Part shown: one piece after another, positions 49,594 through 50,414 of the stretch
How positions within the stretch are numbered: the first letter of the stretch is position 1
Layout: each line of letters begins with the position of its first letter
Assembly (NCBI GenBank): GCA_032718475.1
Contig: JAUCBJ010008676.1
Location: 1 to 50,414, forward strand
Length of the DNA stretch: 50,414 nucleotides
Direction: 5' to 3'
Origin: Nemertoderma westbladi
Lineage: Eukaryota; Animalia; Xenacoelomorpha
Translations under genes and position numbers: made by a program
Notes under the pieces: model-generated
Seen by the model: only the letters and a program-made list of their open reading frames with translations
The model's database searches: none
Told to the model about the DNA's origin: nothing

Positions 49594-50414
49594 TATTTGA
49601 AATGAAGTGGAGAATTATTTCTTTGGCGATATCGTTCATTATTCTATTAATATTTCCCTCATCAAAAACTATTCTGTGAAACAAGTTAACGAAATCTTCT
49701 ATACGAGTCCACTTGTCAGCTTGGAGAAGTTTATCAGGATCCGAAAAACGTATAAACAGCAATATAAACATGTACCAATCACATCCCATTCATTCACCAA
49801 AATACGGAGTTACCAAGATTGAGTCACATGACCAATATTGACGTTATTTTGTGTTTTTTATTATTCCCATTAGAAACGTGAGCCCCAACATGGTTTTCAT
49901 AACCTTGTGACATTTAACTTGGCATGACTTTCTGCTGGGGGTTGATTGATCTCTGCTGTTCAATTCTTTTGTTTGTATTTTTAGTCAAAAGATCGAATAA
50001 GGATTCTGGAAGATATAAAGTTACATAGTCACTGATATGTGTATTAGTTGTTGATAAGCCAACATACCCTGGGGTACCTTTGAAAGCTCTCATAGGGGCA
50101 ATATCAGTAAATGTGTTATGGATAATGTCCCATGTTTCCGGAAAACTATAGAGAAGACCTGAGTCTGTACTACTATCCCCACTACTATCCATACTACTAC
50201 CAGTAGATTCATCATCACTACTGACATATTCACTCCCTGAATCTCCGGATTCAGTCTCATCTTCGCTATCATTATTGTCGCCTTGGTCTCCCAGCCTCCT
50301 CACTGGGGCATGGGTACACTTGGGATACCTACTGACAGTAGGGCCAGCCCCAGTACTCTGCGTTGATACCACTGCTTTAAGCAGTGGTATCAACGCAGAG
50401 TACTCATTGCATAC

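Larger units (their letters stand above)
48933..50393 (-). pseudogene. Decayed piggyBac (PGBD-type) transposase
   Basis: Acidic N-terminus, YVTLYLPESLFDLLTKNTN, FIRFSD...DKWTRI, DESLLLYKGRLYFKQHIKTKRAARFGVK, MDNWY and RGT; frameshifts and an insertion. No element ends found. Confidence 0.88.

Overview
AT-rich eukaryotic DNA, probably invertebrate and possibly arthropod (inferred from GT-AG introns, the transposon families and AAPV-type repeats), made largely of satellites and nested mobile elements. The core is a minus-strand BEL/Pao LTR retrotransposon (9911-~30184, 5' part lost). It carries an extra gene between pol and its 3' LTR, and that gene is split by a younger 12.6-kb non-autonomous BEL/Pao element (13058-25664; 1215-bp LTRs; CCCGG TSD). 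Removing the insert restores one frame of about 860 codons, with one internal TAG, encoding a DEDDy-like 3'-5' exonuclease domain followed by CCHC zinc knuckles. The host element's LTR holds six copies of a 53-nt hairpin with a UUCG loop and a kink-turn-like motif. The window also contains a hidden spliced gene with an Ala/Pro/Val/Gly repeat tail, a piggyBac-type MITE, a foldback element, a PC4-like plus pPolB-type DNA polymerase cassette preceded by a long palindrome, a duplicated SGNH-like segment, a decayed piggyBac transposase interrupted by a hammerhead-ribozyme-bearing inverted repeat, and four satellite families. All calls come from reading by eye; no searches were run.
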